DNA of 64,000 nt, taken from assembly GCA_038316995.1 (NCBI GenBank), contig JBBQAZ010000001.1, positions 1,281 through 65,280 of the forward strand, in the 5' to 3' direction. Within the stretch, counting starts at the first letter, position 1, and each line of letters opens with the position of its first letter. The translations under genes and the position numbers were made by a program. Positions 28,657-38,099 of the stretch are shown here, piece after piece. The notes under the pieces were generated by a model. It did no database searches and had not been told where the DNA came from. It saw only the letters and a list, made by a program, of their open reading frames with translations. The stretch is from Candidatus Saccharimonadales bacterium. Its GTDB lineage: Bacteria; Patescibacteriota; Saccharimonadia; Saccharimonadales; JAXHNE01.

Positions 28657-29873
28657 AATTCAGTTGAAGCGATTATGGGAATGGATGTGTGAGTGTTGAG
28701 TAGTTTTGTGACTCGGTCCATTTGGGCTTCTACTGTTGTACCTAGTTGCGACTTTGCAAGAAGTTCGGCAGATTGATCAAGTGGTACCATCTTAAAGTTT
28801 TTACGAGCCAGTAAATTGTTTGCTGCTTTTTCTGCTGCCGTCCATTCATAATGTTGGTACACGGGCATAAAGCCAATACTCTCTACCTTTTTTGTACTTG
28901 GGCTAATTTCCATAGAGGCGAATCCGCCAATTAAGGTCCCTGCATCAATCTGAGAGTTCAAGAAGTTTCCGAGACTATACCACACGTATACGTTGCGATC
29001 CTGACTGCCTTTAAGTACCTTTACGGGTTGCATAGCATGTGGTCCATGCCCAAAAATTACGTCAGCGCCATAACTGGCCAGTTTTTGAGCAACTTCGTCT
29101 TGACGAGTATTAATGCTTGGTGAATATTCTGTTCCCCACCGCATGCTCACTATCACAAAGTCAACTTGGTCTCTAATAGCAACGATTTGCTGTTCAGCAA
29201 AAGCGTCACTATACCTATTTACTCCGTACTCGTTCGCAAGTGGGCTGTTTGTATAGTCTGTGTAAGCAACAAAACCAAACTTCATTCCTTTTACCTGAAC
29301 TAATCGCGGCTTGTCCTGTTCCTCTTTCGATCTATTGGCACCCGCAACCAACACCTTACGCTCATCCCAAGCTGCAACCGTAGCATCGATTAACGCCTGG
29401 CCTTTGTCATTGGTGTGATTGGTGCCAATATTCACGACATTACACCCAACGTCTTCAATGCCACGTGGAAACGCAACTGGCGCATTGAAAACAGGATAGC
29501 CAGTAATTCCAAAAGATTCACCACCAGCAGGAGTTGATTGATTGCAAAAGTTTAAATCACCTTTTGCAAAATACGGTTTCATGTCGGTCATGAGTGAAGA
29601 ATAGTCGTAACTTCCGTCAGCCTTTTTGGCGTTTTCATTTATTGAATCGTGGGCAATCATGTCCCCTGTTGCGAGTAGTCGAACATTGGAAAAATCTTGT
29701 GATGCATCTGTAGATTGCTGTTGAGAATTTGCTGCCGGGGCTGGCGCACCACCGGGTTGATTCCTACTAAGTGGTTTGTTTTTTACATAATAAATCCCGC
29801 CAAGCACTCCAGCTGACACTAAAAGTAGCACAATCGTTATTAAGACTACTTGTTTTTTAGAAAACTCTATCAT
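28653..29873 (-). CDS. CapA-like (metallophosphatase-fold) envelope protein, membrane anchored
   Basis: Motifs GDMIAHD, GTNHTND and GHGPH. N-terminal TM helix. Confidence 0.75.
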   Translation of the reverse strand: MIEFSKKQVVLITIVLLLVSAGVLGGIYYVKNKPLSRNQPGGAPAPAANSQQQSTDASQDFSNVRLLATGDMIAHDSINENAKKADGSYDYSSLMTDMKPYFAKGDLNFCNQSTPAGGESFGITGYPVFNAPVAFPRGIEDVGCNVVNIGTNHTNDKGQALIDATVAAWDERKVLVAGANRSKEEQDKPRLVQVKGMKFGFVAYTDYTNSPLANEYGVNRYSDAFAEQQIVAIRDQVDFVIVSMRWGTEYSPSINTRQDEVAQKLASYGADVIFGHGPHAMQPVKVLKGSQDRNVYVWYSLGNFLNSQIDAGTLIGGFASMEISPSTKKVESIGFMPVYQHYEWTAAEKAANNLLARKNFKMVPLDQSAELLAKSQLGTTVEAQMDRVTKLLNTHTSIPIIASTEF

Positions 29874-30274
29874 TGTGATTTCTTTTTTGGCGTAAATCCT
29901 AAGCTAAGTGAGTTAATGCAATAATGCTGGCCGTTTGGTGAACTGTCATCAGAGAATAAATGGCCCAGATGACCACCACAATTTGCACATACCGCCTCTG
30001 TTCGTTTCGTGAACATAGAATTATCATCACGAAGCTCTACGGCACCAGATTTTGACATATCACTAAAACTTGGCCAGCCAATAAGCCCAGGAATCGTCGA
30101 CTCATATTTTGCGTCCGAGCTAAAAAGCTCCGCTCCACAATTTACGCAAGTGTATGCGCCGTCTTCATTGTGATTTAGATACTCACCTGTTCCTGGTGTT
30201 TCAGTGCCTCGTTCAAACAATACACGTTTTTGAGCATCAGAAAGGTTGGGATTTTGTTTATAACTGTCAGCCAA
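29870..30274 (-). CDS. msrB: peptide-methionine (R)-S-oxide reductase
   Basis: Two CxxC pairs (CVNCG, CANCG) and HYCINS. Confidence 0.9.
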   Translation of the reverse strand: MADSYKQNPNLSDAQKRVLFERGTETPGTGEYLNHNEDGAYTCVNCGAELFSSDAKYESTIPGLIGWPSFSDMSKSGAVELRDDNSMFTKRTEAVCANCGGHLGHLFSDDSSPNGQHYCINSLSLGFTPKKKSQ

Positions 30275-30276
30275 AA

Positions 30277-30618
30277 CTACTCCTTCTTTTTGTCTAGTCT
30301 ATCGAGTCTAAATCCTTTAATGAAATAAAACACAACTGCAGCAACTGCCATAAGCGTGATTATTGCACTCATAATCATACCCCATTCAAAAACCAGATCC
30401 ACGCCACCCCGACTCAGGCCAGTATTCCAAGTCAATTTACTAAGGTCTGCTCCACCCAGCATGAATCCAACCAATGGATCGATAAATCCACTAACAATGG
30501 CATCTACTGCTTCTTTGGCTGCAACACCAACAGCTAAACCAACTGCAAGTCCAACGACACCTTGTTCGCGGATAAAATCAAGAAACTGTTTTACTTGAGA
30601 TGTCACTCTTTTTGGCAC
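30277..30618 (-). CDS. mscL: large-conductance mechanosensitive channel
   Basis: 113 aa. FIREQGVVGLAVGLAVGVAAKEAVDAIVSGFIDPLVG. Confidence 0.85.
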   Translation of the reverse strand: MPKRVTSQVKQFLDFIREQGVVGLAVGLAVGVAAKEAVDAIVSGFIDPLVGFMLGGADLSKLTWNTGLSRGGVDLVFEWGMIMSAIITLMAVAAVVFYFIKGFRLDRLDKKKE

Positions 30619-31832
30619 TAGTCCTCCTCGGAATTTCTTGCTTCTAATATGCGTCGAATTGCAAGTTTTGTCGCTGCATCTTTTAATGACACATTTGATA
30701 CTTTACTCTCTGAAACCACGTCAGATGTCGCTTTTTCTAAATATGTTTGTAGTTCTTCTCTGACTTTTTCAAGCGGCCAATGTTCACCACTTTTATTCTG
30801 TATCCATTCAAAGTAGCTGACAATAACTCCGCCTGCGTTTGCAATAATATCCGGAACAATTGAGATGCCTTTTTTAGTAAGTGAATCGTGGGCGACATCA
30901 CTTACGGGGCCGTTTGCTAGCTCTAATAATATTTGAGCATTAACCAAATCCATGTTTGCTTCTGTCACTACGTCCCCAAGAGCGGCCAACACGAGAACAC
31001 CAACCTCCTGAGACAGGACTGCATCCGCAGGAAACACTTCGGCATCGCCAGTATAATCTTCAAAAGAACCGCCGTCCTCTTTAAACTGCGATAAATCACT
31101 GACATCTAATCCATTTGTATTTACTAAAGTCGCTCGGCTATCTGATGCAGCGATAAGCTTTGCCTCTGGAATAAACTCAGTGATGGACTTAGCAAAATAA
31201 CTTCCAACATTGCCAAACCCTTGAACGGCGTAGCTCTTGTCTGAATCAATTTGTTTTAAAACGCTTGCAAGAACTATAGCTCCACCCCGCCCAGTTGCTT
31301 CAACGCGGCCCTCTGAGCCACCATTTTCCAGTGTCTTTCCGGTAAAACTTGCGTGCGTGCTGTCTCCGGAGAGTTTTTCATATTCATCAACCATCCAGTC
31401 AATTGTTTGTCCGTTTGTGTTTACATCTGGTGCTGGGACGTCTTTGTCGGGGCCAATTGATTGCCACAATCCTTGGACATATTTCCGTGATAATTCCTCA
31501 AGCTGGGATTCAGAAAGTTTCCGGGGATTAACCGTAACTCCGCCTTTTCCACCACCAAGTGGAAGTCCAACAACAGCGGTTTTAAGCGACATTAGTAAGG
31601 CCAGGGCACGAACTTCATCGATATCAACTTCTGGATGATAACGAATACCCCCTTTGTATGGTCCGAGCGTATTATTGTGCTGAATTCGGAAAGCAGGATA
31701 GGTCTCGCCGCCTTCAAGTTGTATATTAAAGCTGTGTTCAGCCATTGGCGTAAGTATAAAATCTAATTCATCTTTGGATAGTCCAAGCTCAGTAGCCACC
31801 TCTTGAATAACTTTTTTAGCACTTTCTAACAT
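30618..31832 (-). CDS. Glu/Leu/Phe/Val-family (glutamate) dehydrogenase
   Basis: Catalytic Lys box PLGGGKGGV and Rossmann motif GFGNVG. I chose the start at MLESAKK, which follows a GGAGGAA Shine-Dalgarno. Confidence 0.85.
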   Translation of the reverse strand: MLESAKKVIQEVATELGLSKDELDFILTPMAEHSFNIQLEGGETYPAFRIQHNNTLGPYKGGIRYHPEVDIDEVRALALLMSLKTAVVGLPLGGGKGGVTVNPRKLSESQLEELSRKYVQGLWQSIGPDKDVPAPDVNTNGQTIDWMVDEYEKLSGDSTHASFTGKTLENGGSEGRVEATGRGGAIVLASVLKQIDSDKSYAVQGFGNVGSYFAKSITEFIPEAKLIAASDSRATLVNTNGLDVSDLSQFKEDGGSFEDYTGDAEVFPADAVLSQEVGVLVLAALGDVVTEANMDLVNAQILLELANGPVSDVAHDSLTKKGISIVPDIIANAGGVIVSYFEWIQNKSGEHWPLEKVREELQTYLEKATSDVVSESKVSNVSLKDAATKLAIRRILEARNSEED

Positions 31833-31850
31833 AGTTCCTCCATGCAAGAA

Positions 31851-33341
31851 CTATAGCAGGGTGTACTGTTTGAGGAAATCTTCTGCTCTGTAACCAATAA
31901 TCCTACGGTGGTCGGCGTCAAGGCGCTCTAAGCGCTGGGCAATAAGCCTCGTGCTTGGGTTATTAAGCAGTGTGCTCTTGTGTTTCTCTACAAAACGCCA
32001 GTACAGCCCATCCCATAAATCGCACCAAAGTCCTCTTTCATAATTACTCTGCTTTAAAAGCTGGCTACTGGCGGTGATAATCGGCACGTCATTAATCGCC
32101 TGTCCATCTATGTTTACACCGCTACCAAAAGCGTTGGGAACAACAATCCATTCCTGTGAATCGACAAACAACCCATTAAAGAAACTATAGATGTCTTCTG
32201 GATGAATTTCTGCCAAAATCATTAAGTTTTGCAGGACTGTTAAGCGCTCTGCTTGGTGTGCGTACCCGTGCTGTTTTACTTTTTTGAGTATATCGTCGTA
32301 TGGCGGAATGCCAAGATCGCCGCTGTACCAAGATGCAGTAAGTCGGCGATGCTGTTTAAACGGATTGCTGCTTTTTAATTTTGTGTGGTTGGTAACGTAA
32401 AATCCGCGCATAAATTCGCGCCAGCCTAATACATTACGAACAAATACCTCGACACTCTCTAGCGGTAAATCATGTTTGCCGTAGTGTGCTACCGCCGCAT
32501 CAATAACTTGCTGCGGACTGAGTAGTCCAGTGTTAATACAAGAACTGAGTGCGCTGTGATAAAGCCATGGTGCAACCGGAGTAAAAGTATCGTGATATGC
32601 ACCGTACTGAGCTAATCGCTTTGTAACAAAGTCGTCCAACCAAAGCGCCGCTTCTTCGTGGTTTGTAGGCCAAATAAAGTCGCTACTACCTGGGTTGTCA
32701 CCAAAACGTTCTTCTGTAAATCTGGTTGCTTCCTTCACAAATTCGTTGTTTCCAAATGACTGAAAGCTGGGAAGTGTGTGGTTTTCTTGTAGTTTTGTAG
32801 CGTGTGGTTGATGCGCCCATTTATCGCCTTCAGGCTTGTAGTCTTTTGTAATCAACACGTTAAATCTTTCACGTTGCCATTTATAAAAATCGTCAAAAAC
32901 TCCATTATGCGATTTCTGAAAATACTCTCTAACCTCTTGGTCTTTAAGTAAAAATTGCGGACTAGGCAAAAACTCTAACTCTGGAGCGTTACTACTTGTT
33001 CTGCGCGCCTCAAGAAGACGTTTTGTGAGAATTTCATGAACTGGATCAAACACAAATAGCTTTCCAAACTTATGAGCTCTGTCAAAGACCTCTGCACTAG
33101 AAAACAAACTTCCAGATTCAATGTATTCAACATCGATATCATTTGCCCATAACTGCTCTTTGACATATCGGCGCATGCTGGCGCGATGCAAAATAATCTT
33201 CTGTTTATGAAATTTAGTTGGAAATTCTTGATCGTTGCCAAAAAATAACGGGTCTTCAATCATAATGACCGCATCAACTTGCGGCAATAAAGACAGTGGA
33301 TACAACTGATGAGGATAAAGTAATACGGCAGTTTTCATCAC
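31851..33341 (-). CDS. cryptochrome/photolyase-family protein (COG3046, FeS-BCP-like)
   Basis: Motifs YHSALSSCINTGLLSP, HQAERLTVLQNLMILAE and FVDSQEWIVVPNAFG. The start is GTG 33341 or ATG 33338. Confidence 0.7.
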   Translation of the reverse strand: MMKTAVLLYPHQLYPLSLLPQVDAVIMIEDPLFFGNDQEFPTKFHKQKIILHRASMRRYVKEQLWANDIDVEYIESGSLFSSAEVFDRAHKFGKLFVFDPVHEILTKRLLEARRTSSNAPELEFLPSPQFLLKDQEVREYFQKSHNGVFDDFYKWQRERFNVLITKDYKPEGDKWAHQPHATKLQENHTLPSFQSFGNNEFVKEATRFTEERFGDNPGSSDFIWPTNHEEAALWLDDFVTKRLAQYGAYHDTFTPVAPWLYHSALSSCINTGLLSPQQVIDAAVAHYGKHDLPLESVEVFVRNVLGWREFMRGFYVTNHTKLKSSNPFKQHRRLTASWYSGDLGIPPYDDILKKVKQHGYAHQAERLTVLQNLMILAEIHPEDIYSFFNGLFVDSQEWIVVPNAFGSGVNIDGQAINDVPIITASSQLLKQSNYERGLWCDLWDGLYWRFVEKHKSTLLNNPSTRLIAQRLERLDADHRRIIGYRAEDFLKQYTLL

Positions 33342-33487
33342 GTCAGAACCTCATGTTTATAACTCTGGCATTCACGAACTAAAACAATGTTACTGCTACT
33401 TAAATTAGTTTCAATTGTGTGTTGGGTTCCTACGGGATTCATAAAGCTTAAGCATATTGTACCCCACCCATCGCCGTAACTAAATAA

Positions 33488-35161
33488 TTACATTTTTTCT
33501 ATGACTGGAATACCGAGTGTTTCGAGACCGTCTTTGAGAACATTTGTGTATGCTTCTATGATTTTTAGACGTAGCGCCTCACGTTCATTATCTATAACGC
33601 GATTATTTTCATAAAAACGATTGAAGGCTTGAGCTAGTTCATACAGATAGGTGCATATATAGTGTGGTAGTCGCTCCTCCGTTGCATGTTCTAACACCTC
33701 TTCGTATTCACTGAGTTTGCGAACCAAGCTGCGTTCACCTGCTTCCAGTTCACCGACTTCTCCTTTGATGGCCGACTTTTTACGTAGAATACTCCTTGCG
33801 CGGGCGTAGGCATATTGGATATAGGGTCCCGAGTTGCCCTCCAGGCTCACTGATTCTTGCACATCAAACACGATATCTCCCCCAATTCGGTGTTTCAAAA
33901 AGGTGTATTTTAAGGCTGCAAGGTAAACATCGTGCTGAACTTCTGAATCTGGGAAGGCTTTTTGAACCTCCATGCGGGTTGCGTCCATCAAACTTTGTGC
34001 CCCGAACACATTTCCCGTTCGACTGCTCATCTTACCGGTTGTGAGGCCAAGATGGCCATGCGTTATATGTTCGGTTTTTACCGCTTGCTCTGGCTCAATG
34101 TGCCCGAGAGCGGCTAACATAACTTTAAAATATTCTTTCTGTTCGCTGCCTGTAATAATGATCGACTTTACTGCATTAGGATAATCACGTTTTTTGAGCT
34201 CGATTAGACCTAAATCTTTGGCTTCATAGGTTGGCAATCCTTGTGAATTCAAGAACACACGGGTATGGAGTCCGTCTTTTTCACCCTTGTAAACAATTGC
34301 GCCGTCACTTTCTTCAAACACGTTACCGATATTTTCTTTAACGACCTTAGTTCCTATTGGAGCTGTTTCGCTTTCTAGATAATGTCTTTCAAAACTCACT
34401 CCTAGTTCGTCGTAAATAGTATCAAAGTATTCTAGACTGCGCTTTACACATAAGTCATGGATTTTATTCACACCTTTGTGATCGCGGTCATACACTTGCC
34501 TGTTTACTTCTCTTATTTGCTCTGTTGCTTCTGGATCGGATTCGTAAGCTTCATTACCGTGCGCGTAATATGCACCAAATACTGTCTTAAGACTCTGCAT
34601 GCCTTCATCAGATTCACTACCACTCTTCAGCCCTTCGAGTTTTTCGGGGTCCCAATCAATATCTTTTCCAATTGCCCAAATTGCCTTGGCAATATGCATA
34701 CCTACGTCTCCGTGATAGCTAATTGGGTGCATGTTTGCCCCAGACCGCTCAAACAACCGTGCAATCGCACTCGATACGATTGTAGTATAGAGATGTCCAA
34801 GGTGAACTGTCTTAAGTGGATTAAAGTTACCGAATTCAACCAGTATTTCTTGTCCTGCGTTACTTCTGTGGAGAGAAATCGTGAAGCCTTCTTCTGCCAA
34901 AATCGCATCTGAAATAGTGACATTAATAAATCCAGGACCTGCCACAGAGACCGACACAACTCCTTCAGTGCTCTTTATTTGTTCAGACAACTTTACTGCA
35001 ATATCACGGGGGTTTTGATCTAATTGTTTTGCAAGTTGCAAGGCTACATTACAGGCATAGTCACCAAATTGTTCATCAGGACGCGATAAAACAGGTTCAA
35101 TATTGACCTTGAACACATCTTTGCACGCACGCTTTAGTGCATGAATAAGTTTGTCTTGCAT
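33488..35161 (-). CDS. argS: arginine--tRNA ligase
   Basis: HIGH-type PLKTVHLGHLY and KMSKS-like GKMSSRTG. Confidence 0.95.
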   Translation of the reverse strand: MQDKLIHALKRACKDVFKVNIEPVLSRPDEQFGDYACNVALQLAKQLDQNPRDIAVKLSEQIKSTEGVVSVSVAGPGFINVTISDAILAEEGFTISLHRSNAGQEILVEFGNFNPLKTVHLGHLYTTIVSSAIARLFERSGANMHPISYHGDVGMHIAKAIWAIGKDIDWDPEKLEGLKSGSESDEGMQSLKTVFGAYYAHGNEAYESDPEATEQIREVNRQVYDRDHKGVNKIHDLCVKRSLEYFDTIYDELGVSFERHYLESETAPIGTKVVKENIGNVFEESDGAIVYKGEKDGLHTRVFLNSQGLPTYEAKDLGLIELKKRDYPNAVKSIIITGSEQKEYFKVMLAALGHIEPEQAVKTEHITHGHLGLTTGKMSSRTGNVFGAQSLMDATRMEVQKAFPDSEVQHDVYLAALKYTFLKHRIGGDIVFDVQESVSLEGNSGPYIQYAYARARSILRKKSAIKGEVGELEAGERSLVRKLSEYEEVLEHATEERLPHYICTYLYELAQAFNRFYENNRVIDNEREALRLKIIEAYTNVLKDGLETLGIPVIEKM

Positions 35162-35182
35162 ATGTAGTTATTATAACAGAGG

Positions 35183-35881
35183 TTATCGTCTGTCTCTAGC
35201 AGCATGTGGGCGAGCATACATCGCCAAGTTCCAAACCACTCCGTAAGTGCTGGAAAGCAGAATGAAAAAACTTACGGTAGTAACGAATGCGCTCGGGGAC
35301 GAAGGGTCGATAAACTGATTACTGGCGTCAAACAAAATTCCAGCAGGATGCAGAAAAACGTCCCAACTATTCCAGCGCAAAAATCTTCCTAAAAATATTG
35401 CAAAACTTGTGACGAACAACACTGCAGCAATAACAAGATGTGCATCCCTGCGACGCACTCGGCGGGCAAGCTCTGCATGAACCAAGTACAAGCTGGCATA
35501 CCCCGTAAAGAAACCATTTACAATAAAGCTCATAAACATCACGACATCATAATAAATATTAACTTCAAAAGTCTGATGAAGGTGAATCAAATCTGTAATA
35601 AGATAAAAACTATTTGGTAAAAACAGTAGCCAGAATATCGTTAGTAACAAATTCTTCCATTCTAACCAAGAGCTTTTGGCCAGCTGATTACGAAGCCATA
35701 CACTCAAGACCAAAGGCAGAACAGCCAAAAGCATATTCCACACTAAAAAGTAATATCGAGGATTCCCTGCGTCTACTGTCCTCGCAATCAACAAAAGCAA
35801 GCTACTGAAGTGCGCCAAAATAAGAGAAACAACTATCCTCTTTATGTAATTACCACGAAGTTGCAACAACTTCTTTTTCAT
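35183..35881 (-). CDS. polytopic membrane protein (possibly DUF1361-like)
   Basis: I chose the start at MKKKLLQL because TGCTATAAT lies 6 nt upstream. The ORF track extends to 36076. Confidence 0.5.
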   Translation of the reverse strand: MKKKLLQLRGNYIKRIVVSLILAHFSSLLLLIARTVDAGNPRYYFLVWNMLLAVLPLVLSVWLRNQLAKSSWLEWKNLLLTIFWLLFLPNSFYLITDLIHLHQTFEVNIYYDVVMFMSFIVNGFFTGYASLYLVHAELARRVRRRDAHLVIAAVLFVTSFAIFLGRFLRWNSWDVFLHPAGILFDASNQFIDPSSPSAFVTTVSFFILLSSTYGVVWNLAMYARPHAARDRR

Positions 35882-35887
35882 AAGGCA

Positions 35888-35896
35888 ATTATAGCA
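35888..35896 (-). promoter_or_regulatory. extended -10 TGCTATAAT, 6 nt from ATG 35881 (leaderless)
   Basis: Read directly on the minus strand. Confidence 0.5.
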
Positions 35897-35921
35897 TCCG
35901 AAATAAAGTCTAACTAAAATC

Positions 35922-35954
35922 ATATTGACATATTTAAATGTATCAATATATACT
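35922..35954 (+). promoter_or_regulatory. ArsR-gene promoter (TTGACA-18-TATACT) with an overlapping inverted repeat ATATTGACA/TATCAATAT
   Basis: The -35 box is at 35925-35930 and the -10 box at 35949-35954, with ATG 35961 six nt later. The 9-bp inverted-repeat arms (1 mismatch) lie at 35922-35930 and 35941-35949. Confidence 0.5.
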
Positions 35955-35960
35955 GCATGC

Positions 35961-36230
35961 ATGTCTGATGCGCAAATTATCACTATTTTAAAAGCCTTAT
36001 CGGATACAACGCGACTAGATATTGTCCGTTCGCTTGCAAAAAAAGGTTGCGAAACTAGTTGTAACGACGCAAGCACCTGCTCTGACCTAAGCCAGCCAGC
36101 GCTAAGTCATCATTTTAAAAAACTAGTAGATGCTCAGGTTTTAACAGAAAGAAAGAAGGGTAAGCAAAAATACTACTGCATTAACGAGACCGCCCTGCTC
36201 CGCGCAGGAATTGATATAACAAAACTTTAA
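35961..36230 (+). CDS. ArsR/SmtB-family transcriptional regulator
   Basis: ILKALSDTTRLDIVRSL...LSQPALSHHFKKLVDAQVL (winged helix-turn-helix). Confidence 0.8.
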   Translation: MSDAQIITILKALSDTTRLDIVRSLAKKGCETSCNDASTCSDLSQPALSHHFKKLVDAQVLTERKKGKQKYYCINETALLRAGIDITKL

Positions 36231-36243
36231 AACAAGGAAAAAT

Positions 36244-36777
36244 ATGAAATTATTAGTAGTAATTGGAAGTGTAAGAGAAGGACGCGCCGGTGATGCCATT
36301 TCCCGTATGGTCACAAATCAGCTAGAAGAAAGTGGTGCTTCATTTAATGTGGCTGACTTAAAAGAACTTGACTTGCCATTTTTGAATCAAGAAATTGAAC
36401 CAAGCGATTCTGATAAAAAATACGACGATGCGAGAGTGCAAAAATGGTCAAATATGGTGGATGAAGCTGACGCTTTTATATTTGTAACACCAGAATATAA
36501 TCACGGCCCTCCAGCTTCACTTAAAAATGCACTCGATTGGCTCTACCCAGAATGGGAAAACAAGCCTGCTGCAATAGTTGCCTACGGCGGCATGGGCGGT
36601 GTTCGCGCAATTGAACAACTAAAACTAAATATGCTTACTTTGAAACTATTCCCTGTTGCAGATGTTCCAATACCTGGTTTTAAAAATTATATTAGTGATG
36701 GAGTGCTCGAAAATGATCGAGCAGAAAAAAATGTCTTAAGGTCTGTTGAGGCGCTTGCGAACTTCAAGCTTCGCTAA
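36244..36777 (+). CDS. NADPH-dependent FMN reductase
   Basis: Motifs LLVVIGSVREGR and FVTPEYNHGPPASLKNALDW. Confidence 0.8.
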   Translation: MKLLVVIGSVREGRAGDAISRMVTNQLEESGASFNVADLKELDLPFLNQEIEPSDSDKKYDDARVQKWSNMVDEADAFIFVTPEYNHGPPASLKNALDWLYPEWENKPAAIVAYGGMGGVRAIEQLKLNMLTLKLFPVADVPIPGFKNYISDGVLENDRAEKNVLRSVEALANFKLR

Positions 36778-36807
36778 AACTACTAGAAGCCGTTATACTG
36801 GTGCTTA

Positions 36808-37446
36808 ATGAGCGGAGTACTAGACGCGGTTCGTAATATCATACGCAATAGAATGCGGGCAATTGCTCGTGGAGTTAATCAACTGTCTGGCGGAAAAATC
36901 ACTCCAAACATGGTTACAATAACCAGTTTGATTGCGCATATTCCAATTACCTATGCAATAGCTACTGATAAATTATTATTATCGGCGATATTGCTTGTTA
37001 TTTTTGGCCTTATGGACGCGCTAGACGGTGAACTTGCGCGGCTTCAGGGCAAAGCATCGGCGGCTGGCATGCTACTCGACGCCAGTACCGACAGAATGAA
37101 AGAAGTGCTTATATATATTGGTGTGGCTTTTACGCTAAGTGTAAATGGCTCGAGTATTTTTGCGACAGAATATTTGGTGTCATTTGTAGTTGCGGCGTGT
37201 GGTGGATCGCTATTAGTGAGCTATGTGAAAGCAAAGGGCGAAACTGCGGTGCGCGACAGCACACTTACTGCAAATGAAATAAACCGACTATTCCAAGACG
37301 GGCTCATGCGCTACGAAATACGAATGATGGTGATTATTATTGGACTTGTATTTAATGCCTTAGATATAACGATTCTTCTTATAGCAATTCTGGCGTGGCA
37401 AACAGCTTTAAAGCGACTATTCACTATTCATCGGAGACTTAGCTAA
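36808..37446 (+). CDS. CDP-alcohol phosphatidyltransferase
   Basis: Signature DALDGELARLQGKASAAGMLLDASTDR, matching D-x2-D-G-x2-A-R...G-x3-D-x3-D. Multiple TM helices. Confidence 0.85.
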   Translation: MSGVLDAVRNIIRNRMRAIARGVNQLSGGKITPNMVTITSLIAHIPITYAIATDKLLLSAILLVIFGLMDALDGELARLQGKASAAGMLLDASTDRMKEVLIYIGVAFTLSVNGSSIFATEYLVSFVVAACGGSLLVSYVKAKGETAVRDSTLTANEINRLFQDGLMRYEIRMMVIIIGLVFNALDITILLIAILAWQTALKRLFTIHRRLS

Positions 37447-38099
37447 TGTTTAAGGTTGATTTACATACGCACTCCGAAGCCTCGCCCGACGGGGGCATAT
37501 CGCTTGCAGACTACAAAAAAATTCTTGAGAAAAAAACCCTCGACGTCGTGGCTATTACCGATCACAACCGCGTTGCATTTGCACAAGAAGCCCAAAAAGA
37601 GCTTGGTGAAAAAATTATAGTGGGCGAAGAGATTATGACAAGTGATGGCGAGATTATCGGACTATATTTAACTGATTTAGTACCGCCAAATCTGACCGCT
37701 ACAGCTACGATAAAAGCTATAAAAGACCAAGGTGGGCTTGTATATATTCCTCATCCTTTTGAATCAGTCAGAAAAGGTATTCATCCAAAAATTTTAGAGA
37801 AGTTGCAGGATCGAATTGACATTATAGAAGTATGTAACGGTAGAGCATTCCTGCAAAATCGGGGCAAGCAAGCGCTTGTCTGGTCACGCATAAACAATAT
37901 TCCAGGTTCGGCGAGTAGCGATGCTCACGGGGTCAAAGGTCTCGGCAAGACGTACTGTGATTTCGAGAAACTACCCACTAAAGAGTCGTTAATTCAGCAA
38001 CTCAAAACTGCAAAATTAATAACTGACAGGCCGTCCGTCCGTGCCCTGCTCTATCCTAAATTTCATCGCACTCGCAAAAAACTAAGAGGCGTAAAATAA
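37446..38099 (+). CDS. PHP-domain phosphoesterase
   Basis: N-terminal DLHTHSEASPDG. TAATG overlaps on both sides. Confidence 0.75.
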   Translation: MFKVDLHTHSEASPDGGISLADYKKILEKKTLDVVAITDHNRVAFAQEAQKELGEKIIVGEEIMTSDGEIIGLYLTDLVPPNLTATATIKAIKDQGGLVYIPHPFESVRKGIHPKILEKLQDRIDIIEVCNGRAFLQNRGKQALVWSRINNIPGSASSDAHGVKGLGKTYCDFEKLPTKESLIQQLKTAKLITDRPSVRALLYPKFHRTRKKLRGVK

